DNA of 64,000 bases from an uncultured delta proteobacterium (GTDB lineage Bacteria; Desulfobacterota; Desulfobacteria; Desulfobacterales; UBA11574). This document shows, in pieces, positions 36,351-45,268 of the stretch. The stretch's first letter is position 1. Every line of letters starts with the position of its first letter. The stretch is from assembly GCA_963706295.1 (NCBI GenBank), contig CAVPLW010000022.1:46437-110436 (forward strand), in the 5' to 3' direction. The notes under the pieces were generated by a model, which saw only the letters and a program-made list of their open reading frames with translations, was not told the DNA's origin and searched no databases. A program made the position numbers and the translations under genes.

Positions 36351-39057
36351 AACCCTGAGCAAAGATTATATTGACTCGCAATACGAGCGATGGAAAGCCG
36401 ATCCCAATGCGGTTTCCCGTGACTGGCGCTTCTTTTTTGAAGGCTTTGAAATGGGGCACGACATGGATCGGGAGGCCGATGCCGTCTATGACGAAAAACA
36501 GGTTTTAAAACAATCCCGCGTGGATGAACTCATAAGACGGTATCGTGAAATCGGACATTTGCTGGCCTGTCTCGATCCTTTGACCGCATGTCCTACGGAT
36601 CATCCATTGTTGAACCTTTCTGCATTTGATCTCACCCTGAAAGATCTGGATGCCAAATTTTATGCAAAAGGCCTGATTGAAAACCATCGCGCTTCATTAA
36701 AAGATATTATCAACACGCTCAAAGAGACATACTGCCGTTCCATCGGCGTGGAGTTCATGCATCTGCAGGATCCACAAGAACGCAAATGGCTTCAGGACCG
36801 GATGGAACCTGTGCGGAACAAGCCCGATCTAAAACGCGATGACAAACTCAGGATCATGGAAAAGCTTTATCAGGCCGCCCTTTTCGAACAGTTTCTCCAC
36901 AAAAAATATCTGGGCCAGACACGATTTTCACTCGAAGGCGCTGAAGCGGTCGTTCCCTTGCTCGATGTTCTCGTCGACAGGGCTGCATCACAGGGTTGCC
37001 GGGAAATCATTCTGGGGATGGCCCATCGGGGACGCTTGAATATTCAAGCCCATGTGCTGAACAAGTCTTTTGAGGAAATTTTTACCGAATTTGAAAGCTG
37101 TTACGATCCGGACGAAGTCTTTGGTGCCGGGGATGTCAAATACCATAACGGGTATCTTGCAGATATAAAGACCCGTCGGGGTGAACCGCTGCGTTTCTTT
37201 CTGGTCAACAATCCCAGCCATTTGGAATCCGTCGATCCGGTGGTTCAAGGATTTGTGAGAGCCCGTCAGGATATCCTGGGCGACGACAAAAATAACGCGA
37301 TTTTGCCCCTTCTTATCCATGGCGATGCCGCTTTTTCCGGACAGGGCGTGGTTACCGAAACCCTGAACATGTCGCAGCTTAGCGGATACAAAACCGGTGG
37401 CACCATCCATCTGGTGATCAACAATCAAATTGGCTATACTACCCTTCCTGAAAACGCTCGCTCCACCCGTTATGCGACGGATGTGGCCAAGATGCTGATG
37501 GTCCCGATTTTTCATGTCCACGGCGAAGATCCGGAAGCCGTTGTTCATGTGGTACGGCTTGCCGTGGATTACCGGAAAACCTTCAACAAGGACGTGGTCA
37601 TCGATATCATCTGCTTTCGCAAGTATGGCCACAACGAAGGCGACGAGCCCTATTTTACCCAGCCCCAGATGTATGATCGGATTCGAAGCCGTCCTTCTTT
37701 AAACACGGTGTATTCCCGGAAACTGATAGAACAGGGCCTTACCCGAAAAGCGGATGTGGATGTTCTGGAACAAAATATAAACCGTGAAATGGAAGATGCT
37801 CTGGAAACTGTTCGTTCCAGTGCCTGCGTTTTCCCTCAAACCCGGTTTTATGAAAACTGGAAAAATTTTCACGGACGCTATACCCATGACCCGCAGGAAA
37901 CCGGCGTTCCAGGAAAAAAACTCGTTGCCCTTGCCCGAAAGTTGAATATGTTCCCGGCTGATTTTACCGCGAATACAAAATTGGTTCGCTTGTTGAAAAA
38001 TCGGCTGGACAGTGTGGAAAAAGGAAAGGATATCGATTGGGCCAATGCAGAAGCTCTGGCCTTTGCCTCCCTGCTGGTAGATGGCGACCCGATCCGTTTA
38101 AGCGGACAGGACAGCGCACGCGGCACTTTCAGCCAGCGCCACAGTATTCTCGTCGATACCAAAACCGGCGATGAATATACGCCGCTCAATGCGCTCGATA
38201 AGGCTCAGGCACCCTTTTCCGTCTATAACAGTCTGCTTTCCGAAGTCGGCGTTTTAGGTTTTGAATACGGCTACTCCATGGCACAACCCCGGGGGCTTGT
38301 GATTTGGGAAGCACAGTTCGGGGACTTTGGCAATAACGCCCAGGCGGTCATCGATCTATACATTGCCAGCGGACAAACCAAATGGCAGCGTTTTAGTGGT
38401 TTGGTTTTGTTGCTCCCCCATGGTTGGGAAGGTTTGGGGCCTGAACATTCCAGCGCCCGCCTCGAGCGCTTTCTCCAGCTGTGTGCCCAGGACAACATCC
38501 AGGTCTGTAATCTCACCACGCCGGCGCAGTATTTTCACCTTCTCCGCCGTCAGGCGAAAGCCAAGTTTCGAAAGCCGTTAATTATCATGGCACCGAAAAG
38601 TCTTCTGCGGCATCCGCTGGCGGTTTCTGATCTAAAAGATATGACGGCGGGTGGGTTCAAAGAAGTCCTTGAAGATCCGGACCCCGTTAAATCAGTCCGC
38701 CGCATTCTTTTTTGCAGTGGCAAGATATATTATGAATTACTTCAAAAACGACGGGAAATGAAAAAGACCGATACCGCCATCGTTCGCTTGGAACAGTTCT
38801 ACCCATTCCCGGAAATACAATTGAAAGCCGTCATCCGAAAATACAAACGGGTTCGACAATTTATTTGGGTCCAGGAAGAACCGGAGAATATGGGAGCATG
38901 GTTTTTTGTGCGTCCGCGTCTCGAAAAATTAATTGGAAAACCACTGGAATATATCGGTCGAAACGCCGCGGCCAGCCCGGCAACAGGCTTCCCCAGTATC
39001 TATCGGAAAGAACAGGCCGCCGTATCAGACAAAGCAATTGGAAAGGATGAAGGTTGA
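36337..39057 (+). CDS. sucA: 2-oxoglutarate dehydrogenase E1 component
   Basis: MDLSETLSKDYIDSQYERWKADPNAVSRDWRFFFEGF... is the typical SucA N-terminus, and the protein is about 906 aa from ATG 36337. The track ORF starts at 36256, inside the preceding gene. Confidence 0.92.
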   Translation: MDLSETLSKDYIDSQYERWKADPNAVSRDWRFFFEGFEMGHDMDREADAVYDEKQVLKQSRVDELIRRYREIGHLLACLDPLTACPTDHPLLNLSAFDLTLKDLDAKFYAKGLIENHRASLKDIINTLKETYCRSIGVEFMHLQDPQERKWLQDRMEPVRNKPDLKRDDKLRIMEKLYQAALFEQFLHKKYLGQTRFSLEGAEAVVPLLDVLVDRAASQGCREIILGMAHRGRLNIQAHVLNKSFEEIFTEFESCYDPDEVFGAGDVKYHNGYLADIKTRRGEPLRFFLVNNPSHLESVDPVVQGFVRARQDILGDDKNNAILPLLIHGDAAFSGQGVVTETLNMSQLSGYKTGGTIHLVINNQIGYTTLPENARSTRYATDVAKMLMVPIFHVHGEDPEAVVHVVRLAVDYRKTFNKDVVIDIICFRKYGHNEGDEPYFTQPQMYDRIRSRPSLNTVYSRKLIEQGLTRKADVDVLEQNINREMEDALETVRSSACVFPQTRFYENWKNFHGRYTHDPQETGVPGKKLVALARKLNMFPADFTANTKLVRLLKNRLDSVEKGKDIDWANAEALAFASLLVDGDPIRLSGQDSARGTFSQRHSILVDTKTGDEYTPLNALDKAQAPFSVYNSLLSEVGVLGFEYGYSMAQPRGLVIWEAQFGDFGNNAQAVIDLYIASGQTKWQRFSGLVLLLPHGWEGLGPEHSSARLERFLQLCAQDNIQVCNLTTPAQYFHLLRRQAKAKFRKPLIIMAPKSLLRHPLAVSDLKDMTAGGFKEVLEDPDPVKSVRRILFCSGKIYYELLQKRREMKKTDTAIVRLEQFYPFPEIQLKAVIRKYKRVRQFIWVQEEPENMGAWFFVRPRLEKLIGKPLEYIGRNAAASPATGFPSIYRKEQAAVSDKAIGKDEG

Positions 39058-39089
39058 AAGCTCAAAGCTAAAGGCTCAAAGGAGTAATC

Positions 39090-40409
39090 ATGGAAGTAGC
39101 GATCAAAATTCCGAGTGTGGGTGAATCGGTTCAGGAAGCGGTCCTTGTGCAGTGGTATAAAAAGGACGGTGATCCGGTTCAAAAAGATGAGCCGATTTTT
39201 GTGGTTGAAACCGACAAGGTCACCCTGGAGATCGTGGCGGAAGCATCCGGGATTTTAAAAATCCTGGTCTTCGAAGGAGAGACGGTTTCTATCGGCACGA
39301 AGGTTGGCACCATTGCCACCGAAGCGGTCCCCTCCCCGGAACCGGAGCCGGCACCTCCGGAGAAGGTCGTGGAAGCGCCTTTACCAAGTCCGGAACCGAC
39401 GGAAACACCGGCACCGGCGAAGGCTGAAGAAGTTCCGGTGAAGGCCGAAGAAGCGCTGGTGAAACCGGAACCGGAAGATTTCCGGCCGATCCTGTCGCCT
39501 GCTGTCCGTCGACTGGTCGCCGAAAAAAATGTCGATATATCCGGCATCAAAGGCACCGGTCCGGGAAACAGGATTACCAAAGGGGATGTGCTTCTTTATC
39601 TGGAACAGAACCCCCCGGCTGTATCGCCCCCATCAAAGGCGCCTCCAAAGATAAAGGATGCTGCTCCGCTTGCGCCTGAATCCTTGGCCAAACCGATTCC
39701 GTCAAAGATGGAAGACGTTACCCGAAAGCCCATGAGCCCGATTCGCCGGACGATTGCATCACGCCTTCTTCAAGCCAAGCACTCTACCGCCATGCTTACG
39801 ACCTTTAACGAGATCGATATGACCCATACCATGGCCATTCGTACACAGTTCAAGGAGGCCTTTAAAGAAAAACACGGAGTTTCTTTGGGGTTTATGTCTT
39901 TCTTTATCAAGGCCAGCGTCGAAGCGCTGAAAGAATTTCCGGAGATTAATGCATTTGTTGACGGCAATGATATTGTTTACCACAATTATTACCATGTCGG
40001 CATTGCCATCGGTACCGCCAAAGGCCTGGTGGTGCCGGTTATTCGAAATGCGGACATGCTGAGTTTTGCCGAATTGGAACAGGCCATCGTTGATTTTGTG
40101 GATAAAATTAAAAACAACCGCCTTGAGCTGGCCGACCTCGAGGGCGGCACATTTACCATTACAAACGGCGGCGTGTTCGGTTCTCTGCTCAGTACGCCCA
40201 TTTTAAATACACCCCAAAGCGGCATCTTGGGGATGCACAAAATTGAAAAGCGGCCCGTGGTTGTGGAGGATAAAATAAACATCCGGCCCATGATGTATGT
40301 GGCGTTGAGCTACGATCACCGCATCGTGGACGGCAGGGAAGCGGTCACATGTCTGGTGAGGATCAAAGAGTGTATTGAAAATCCCGAAAGGATCATGATG
40401 GAGATATAA
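39090..40409 (+). CDS. sucB: Dihydrolipoyllysine-residue succinyltransferase (E2 of 2-oxoglutarate dehydrogenase)
   Basis: Lipoyl domain with ETDKV, a Pro/Ala/Glu linker, a peripheral subunit-binding domain, and the catalytic SYDHRIVDGREAV. Confidence 0.92.
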   Translation: MEVAIKIPSVGESVQEAVLVQWYKKDGDPVQKDEPIFVVETDKVTLEIVAEASGILKILVFEGETVSIGTKVGTIATEAVPSPEPEPAPPEKVVEAPLPSPEPTETPAPAKAEEVPVKAEEALVKPEPEDFRPILSPAVRRLVAEKNVDISGIKGTGPGNRITKGDVLLYLEQNPPAVSPPSKAPPKIKDAAPLAPESLAKPIPSKMEDVTRKPMSPIRRTIASRLLQAKHSTAMLTTFNEIDMTHTMAIRTQFKEAFKEKHGVSLGFMSFFIKASVEALKEFPEINAFVDGNDIVYHNYYHVGIAIGTAKGLVVPVIRNADMLSFAELEQAIVDFVDKIKNNRLELADLEGGTFTITNGGVFGSLLSTPILNTPQSGILGMHKIEKRPVVVEDKINIRPMMYVALSYDHRIVDGREAVTCLVRIKECIENPERIMMEI

Positions 40410-40411
40410 AA

Positions 40412-41839
40412 ATGGCGAAAAAAGAGATCTACGACCTTATTATTATCGGGAGCGGTCCGGGAGGGTATGTGGCAGCGGTTCGGGCGGCCCAGTTGGGACT
40501 GAAAACCGCCTGCATTGAAAAGGAGACCCGTCTGGGCGGCGTTTGTCTGAATGTGGGCTGTATTCCGAGCAAAGCCCTGCTCGATTCCAGTGAATACTAT
40601 CACCTGGCCAAGGATCACCTTGCCGAACACGGCATAAAAACCGGAAAATTGACCCTCGACCTTTCCGCCATGATGGCCCGTAAAGAACAGGTCGTTGAAG
40701 AATTGACCGGAAACGTTCGCAAACTTCTGGAAGGGAATAACATAGAAATTTTCAAAGGGACCGCCCGCCTTGCCGGGGAGGATCGCGTTGAGGTTCGACA
40801 AGATACCGGTTCTGGCCGGAAAAAAACCGCTCAAATCCTCCAGGCGAAATCGATTATCCTGGCCACCGGAAGCACGCCGGTCCAGGTTCCGGGTCTTGAA
40901 TTTGACGGGAAACGGATCGTTACTTCCACCGAGGCACTTGAGTTTAAAACGGTTCCCAAACATCTGGGGATTGTGGGAGGTGGTTATATCGGTCTTGAAC
41001 TGGGATCGGTATGGCTGCGTCTCGGGGCAAAAGTGACCGTGGTTGAAATGCTGTCTCAAATCGCAACAACCATGGATGGACAGGTGGGCCGGACTCTCGA
41101 CCGGATACTCAGAAAACAGGGGCTTGACATTCGTCTCAACACCCGGGTATCCGGCGCAAAAATTCAAAAAAACAATGTTCGGGTGACCCTGGAAAATAAA
41201 GACAAAAAAGAGACCCTGTCCTGTGATCGGCTGCTGGTTTCCGTTGGAAGACGACCTTTGACACAAAATCTCGGACTGGAAGACGTTGGTGTTAAGACAG
41301 ACGCTAAAACCGGACATGTTCTGGTGGACGAATCTTATCGAACCAACATTCCCAGCGTCTATGCCATCGGAGATCTCATTCCGGGTCCCATGCTGGCTCA
41401 CAAAGCGTCGGCCGAGGGTATCGCTGCGGTGGAATGCATTGCCGGGCTCCCCGGTGAAGTGAATTACGATGCCATCCCCGCGGTGGTGTACACCTGGCCG
41501 GAGGTGGCCAGTGTCGGGCTGACTGAAGAACAGGTTAAAGAGAGAAATATTCCCTACTGTGTGGGTACGTATCCTTTCTCCGGTGCCGGTCGCGCCCGGT
41601 GTATGGGGGAGAAGGACGGTTTTGTCAAGCTCATCGCCCATTCCAAAACCGACCGAATTTTAGGTGTGCACATCATTGGGCCGCGAGCGGCCGATATGAT
41701 TGCCGAATGTGTTCTGGCCATTGAATTCGGGGCGAGTTCCGAAGACATCGCCCGGACCGTTCACGGCCATCCGACCTTTGCCGAGGCGCTTCAGGAAGCG
41801 GCCATGGCAGTACGGAAATGTTCGATTTATGCTTCCTGA
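40412..41839 (+). CDS. lpdA: Dihydrolipoyl dehydrogenase (E3)
   Basis: GSGPGGYVAA FAD motif, redox disulfide GGVCLNVGCIPSK, and C-terminal HAHPTFAE-like (HGHPTFAE). Confidence 0.92.
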   Translation: MAKKEIYDLIIIGSGPGGYVAAVRAAQLGLKTACIEKETRLGGVCLNVGCIPSKALLDSSEYYHLAKDHLAEHGIKTGKLTLDLSAMMARKEQVVEELTGNVRKLLEGNNIEIFKGTARLAGEDRVEVRQDTGSGRKKTAQILQAKSIILATGSTPVQVPGLEFDGKRIVTSTEALEFKTVPKHLGIVGGGYIGLELGSVWLRLGAKVTVVEMLSQIATTMDGQVGRTLDRILRKQGLDIRLNTRVSGAKIQKNNVRVTLENKDKKETLSCDRLLVSVGRRPLTQNLGLEDVGVKTDAKTGHVLVDESYRTNIPSVYAIGDLIPGPMLAHKASAEGIAAVECIAGLPGEVNYDAIPAVVYTWPEVASVGLTEEQVKERNIPYCVGTYPFSGAGRARCMGEKDGFVKLIAHSKTDRILGVHIIGPRAADMIAECVLAIEFGASSEDIARTVHGHPTFAEALQEAAMAVRKCSIYAS

Positions 41840-41885
41840 AGAAATAAAGAAAAACATTTCCGCTTCAGGTATAATTAAATTTTTC

Positions 41886-42096
41886 GCTGAAAGAACTCGT
41901 GGATAAGGGCTCGTAATGAAAGAACCTGCCCGGGCTATTAATAAAGGCCTCTGCTTTAACAGAAGGTTCTATCCATAAAGTTAGATCGCCGATGGTTCTT
42001 TCAAAACGATCCCTATTCCACTCAAACAGCTTCCAGCCAAAAATTTAATCATACCTGAAGCTCCTTTGAAATCGATTTGTTTCAAAGGACTAAACT
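41886..42096 (+). repeat. Dispersed intergenic repeat, copy X (about 210 bp)
   Basis: Block GAACTCGTGGATAAGGGCTCGTAATGAAAGAA (41893-41924) and block ACGATCCCTATTCCACTCAAACAGC (42007-42030) both recur at 61326-61500. The 3' part AAAATTTAATCATACCTGAAGCTCCTTTG... recurs at 45164-45219. Confidence 0.7.
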
Positions 42097-42276
42097 ATTA
42101 CAGTTTTTTAATAAAAAATTCGTCGACCAATAGGACAAATCGATTTCTGAAACATGCACTGAAAATTTTGTGTAAGGATTTGCGTGAAACCTCGACAAAC
42201 CTGCAAAGTATGTCAAAAATAACCTTGGATGTATCATCAACAAAATCTATAAGACTTTTGATAAAAGGAGCTTGTT

Positions 42277-43743
42277 ATGGCCGATTATGAATATGATATC
42301 GGGGTGATCGGCGGCGGAGCAGCGGGTCTGACCGTAACATCCGGGTCCGCGCAGCTTGGCGCCAAGACCATTCTCATTGAAAAGGAAAAAGAACTCGGCG
42401 GCGACTGCCTCCATTTTGGCTGTGTTCCCAGTAAAACGCTCATCAAGACCGCCCATGTTTACCATATGATGAAGACCGCCGAAAAATACGGACTTCCTTA
42501 TGTCGACGTTCCTTCGGTCGATTTTAAAACAATATCCAATAGAATCAAATCCGTAATCGGTGTTATTCAGAAGCACGATTCCGAAGAAAGATTCTGCAAT
42601 CTCGGTGCAAAAGTAGAGTTTGGAGAACCTGTATTTACGGATGAACATTCCGTTCGTTTAAACGGAAAAACGATTTCAGCCAAAAGCTGGGTGATTGCCA
42701 CCGGCTCTTCGCCGTTTGTTCCCCCCATAGAGGGACTGGATACCATCGATTATATTACCAACAAAGAAATCTTTTACCTGGATCGTTTACCGAAATCGAT
42801 GATTATTTTTGGCGGCGGTCCTATCGGGAGCGAGATGGGGCAGGCATTCAACCGTATTGGGACCAAGGTTTATATCGTGGATCGTAGCGATCAGATTTTA
42901 GGAAAAGAAGATAAAGATATGGCCGATACGGTCAAACAGGTGATGGAATCTGAAGGGGTGGTATTCCATTTAAATTCTTCCATTGAAGCCGTAAAGAATC
43001 TCGGCGATGAAAAAGAAGTGACCCTCAAGGATATAGAAGGAAAAACCGTTCGTCTTAATGCAGAGACGATTCTGGTTGCGGTGGGAAGAACACCCAACAT
43101 CCATGGGCTGGGCCTGGAAGGTATCGGTATCAAGGTTAACCGAACCGGCATCGAAGTCGATAAGCGGTTGAGAACGAACCACAAGCATATTTATGCTGCC
43201 GGAGATGTGAACGGCGGTTTTCTGTTTACACATGCAGCCGGATACGAGGGGGGAATTGTTGTCAGCAATGCCATTTTTCGTCTTCCCCGCAAAACAGATT
43301 ACACCTATTTACCCTGGTGCACCTATACCGATCCTGAATTGTCGAGTATCGGAATGAACGAAAGATCCGCCAAGGCTGCCGGGATTGACTATTCCATCTG
43401 GGTCGAAGCGTTCAAGGACAATGACCGGAGCCTTGCCGAAGACGAAAAGATCGGGAAGATCAAAATGCTTCTGGATGAAAAAGAAAAACCCATCGGAGTT
43501 CAGATCGTCGGCCCGCATGCCGGGGATCTGGTCAGTGAATGGGTGGCGGTTTTAAACGGAAAAGTAAAACTTTCCACTTTGGCGGCAGCCGTACATCCCT
43601 ATCCGACCATCGGAGAAATCAACAAGAAGATTGCCGGAACATTTTTTACACCCAAAATTTTTTCAGATAGGATTAAAAAAGGACTCAAATTCTTTTTCAA
43701 TCTCAAAGGGCGTGCATGCGGCCCTGAAACCTGTGAAGAATAA
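42277..43743 (+). CDS. Pyridine nucleotide-disulfide oxidoreductase (mercuric reductase / dihydrolipoamide dehydrogenase-like flavoprotein)
   Basis: GGGAAG FAD motif, redox-active GGDCLHFGCVPSK, and a C-terminal Cys pair (ACGPETC). Confidence 0.85.
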   Translation: MADYEYDIGVIGGGAAGLTVTSGSAQLGAKTILIEKEKELGGDCLHFGCVPSKTLIKTAHVYHMMKTAEKYGLPYVDVPSVDFKTISNRIKSVIGVIQKHDSEERFCNLGAKVEFGEPVFTDEHSVRLNGKTISAKSWVIATGSSPFVPPIEGLDTIDYITNKEIFYLDRLPKSMIIFGGGPIGSEMGQAFNRIGTKVYIVDRSDQILGKEDKDMADTVKQVMESEGVVFHLNSSIEAVKNLGDEKEVTLKDIEGKTVRLNAETILVAVGRTPNIHGLGLEGIGIKVNRTGIEVDKRLRTNHKHIYAAGDVNGGFLFTHAAGYEGGIVVSNAIFRLPRKTDYTYLPWCTYTDPELSSIGMNERSAKAAGIDYSIWVEAFKDNDRSLAEDEKIGKIKMLLDEKEKPIGVQIVGPHAGDLVSEWVAVLNGKVKLSTLAAAVHPYPTIGEINKKIAGTFFTPKIFSDRIKKGLKFFFNLKGRACGPETCEE

Positions 43744-43763
43744 AAATAAAGGAAGAAACAAAC

Positions 43764-44096
43764 ATGGAGACATACTACAAACCCGAAGATCTACTGAAGT
43801 TTGAGGAAATTGGAAAAAATTCGCCGGACCTGGCAAAAAAGTTTTTCGATTACTACGGCGCTGTATTTGCAGAAGGAGAACTCACGGAAAGGGAAAAATG
43901 CCTGATTGCCCTGGCCGTGGCACATACCGTACAGTGTCCTTACTGTATCGATGCGTATACACAGGCATGCCTCGAAAAGGGTTCCAATCTTGAAGAGATG
44001 ACCGAGGCCGTTCATGTTGCGGCGGTCATACGGGGCGGCTCATCGCTGGTGCACGGCGTTCAGATGCGAAATATTGCCGAAAAAATATCCATGTAA
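43764..44096 (+). CDS. AhpD/carboxymuconolactone decarboxylase-fold protein (arsenosugar biosynthesis-associated peroxidase-like type)
   Basis: 110 aa with LIALAVAHTVQCPYCIDAY (CxxC), located directly upstream of the ArsS-type radical SAM gene, as in the described pairing. Confidence 0.75.
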   Translation: METYYKPEDLLKFEEIGKNSPDLAKKFFDYYGAVFAEGELTEREKCLIALAVAHTVQCPYCIDAYTQACLEKGSNLEEMTEAVHVAAVIRGGSSLVHGVQMRNIAEKISM

Positions 44097-44122
44097 ATCC
44101 CAGAGACCTTTAAGGGGAAAAA

Positions 44123-45137
44123 ATGCCGAAAGACCAGACATCAGATAAAGACACAAAAGGACACCCCAAAGAACCTGGCGGTATTGTACCTTTTAGTCTT
44201 ACCCTGTCTCGTCATGACCTGAAACTGGATCGGAAGACAACCCGGACATTGCAGGTTAACCTGGGATTTCTTTGTAACCAGACCTGCAGACATTGTCATC
44301 TCAATGCAGGCCCTGATCGTAAAGAAAACATGGATTTGAAAATCATCCAGGAGGTTATATCATATGCCCAAAGGGGCGGATTTGAAATCATCGATATCAC
44401 CGGCGGCGCACCTGAACTGAACCCCCATATCAAAACACTGATTGAAGGTGTCTCTGATGTTGTTCCCCGGATGATGCTTCGTTCGAATCTTTCGGTGTTA
44501 AATGATGGGAAAAGAGACCATCTTATGAAATTTTTGAGCGAAAAACGCGTGCTCATTGTGGCCTCTTTTCCTTCTTTGAATGTCCTCCAGGCGGATTCAC
44601 AAAGGGGCGACGGTATATTTCAAATTAGTATCGACGCACTGAAAAAACTGAACTGTTTGGGATACGGGCACGAAGGCACCGGTCTTGAGCTGAACCTGGT
44701 ATCCAATCCCACCGGCGCATTTCTTCCGCCGGATCAGGCACAAACAGAAAAGAGATTCCGCCAGGTGCTGAAAAGAAAATGGGGAATTGTGTTTCAACAA
44801 TCTTTATAATTTTGCCAATGTTCCTCTGGGCAGGTTTCGCCAATGGCTGATCAAAACAGACAATCTGGATAGTTATGTGAAGAAACTTTATTCAAGCTTC
44901 AATGCCTGCGCGGTGGACGGTTTGATGTGCCGGTCGCTGGTCTCAATTTCCTGGGACGGCTATCTTTATGATTGTGATTTTAATCTTGCCAGGGGACTTT
45001 TTATGGGCGGGCTTAAAATCCATGTGTCCGAGATGCCGGGACCTCCGGAACCCGGCAGTCATATTGCGACGGCTGACCACTGCTATACCTGCACCGCCGG
45101 GTCGGGATTTACGTGAGGGGGGTCTATTGACACCTGA
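44123..45137 (+). pseudogene. arsS: ArsS-type radical SAM/Cys-rich domain (seleno)protein, interrupted by a +1 frame change near 44792-44795, with an in-frame TGA (probable Sec) at 45114-45116
   Basis: The radical SAM motif CNQTCRHCH lies in ORF 44123-44809. The C-terminal half (NNLYNFANVPLGRF...MCRSLVSISWDGYLYDCDFN...HCYTCTAGSGFT-TGA-GGSIDT-stop) continues in the +1 frame (track ORF 44787-45116). The TGA sits where family members carry Cys in the CTAG.GSSCGG tail. Confidence 0.75.
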
Positions 45138-45163
45138 GGTTCAGGATAAAACACTATCCATTT

Positions 45164-45219
45164 TAAAAATTAATCATACCTGAAGCTCATTTGGACATGG
45201 TTTTTTTAAGGAACTAAAG
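45164..45219 (+). repeat. Dispersed intergenic repeat, copy Z (matches the 3' part of copy X)
   Basis: AAAAATTAATCATACCTGAAGCTCATTTGG...TTTTTAAGGAACTAAAG versus 42036-42096 AAAAATTTAATCATACCTGAAGCTCCTTTGA...TTTCAAAGGACTAAAC. Confidence 0.65.
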
Positions 45220-45268
45220 TGAAAATTAACATGCATTCAACAAAAGGGTATTGGAGAAAAGGACAGTC

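Noticed and set aside
40316-41641. 441-aa ORF antisense to lpdA. Similar long antisense ORFs occur at 25412-26077, 26434-27330, 45899-46495, 46425-47198, 36988-37632, 3805-4551 and 60087-60884.
   Set aside because: Each lies entirely opposite a gene with clear family signatures. Their translations are low-complexity (Gly/Arg/Pro/His-rich) with no motifs. They are the expected by-product of GC3-rich coding sequence on the other strand.
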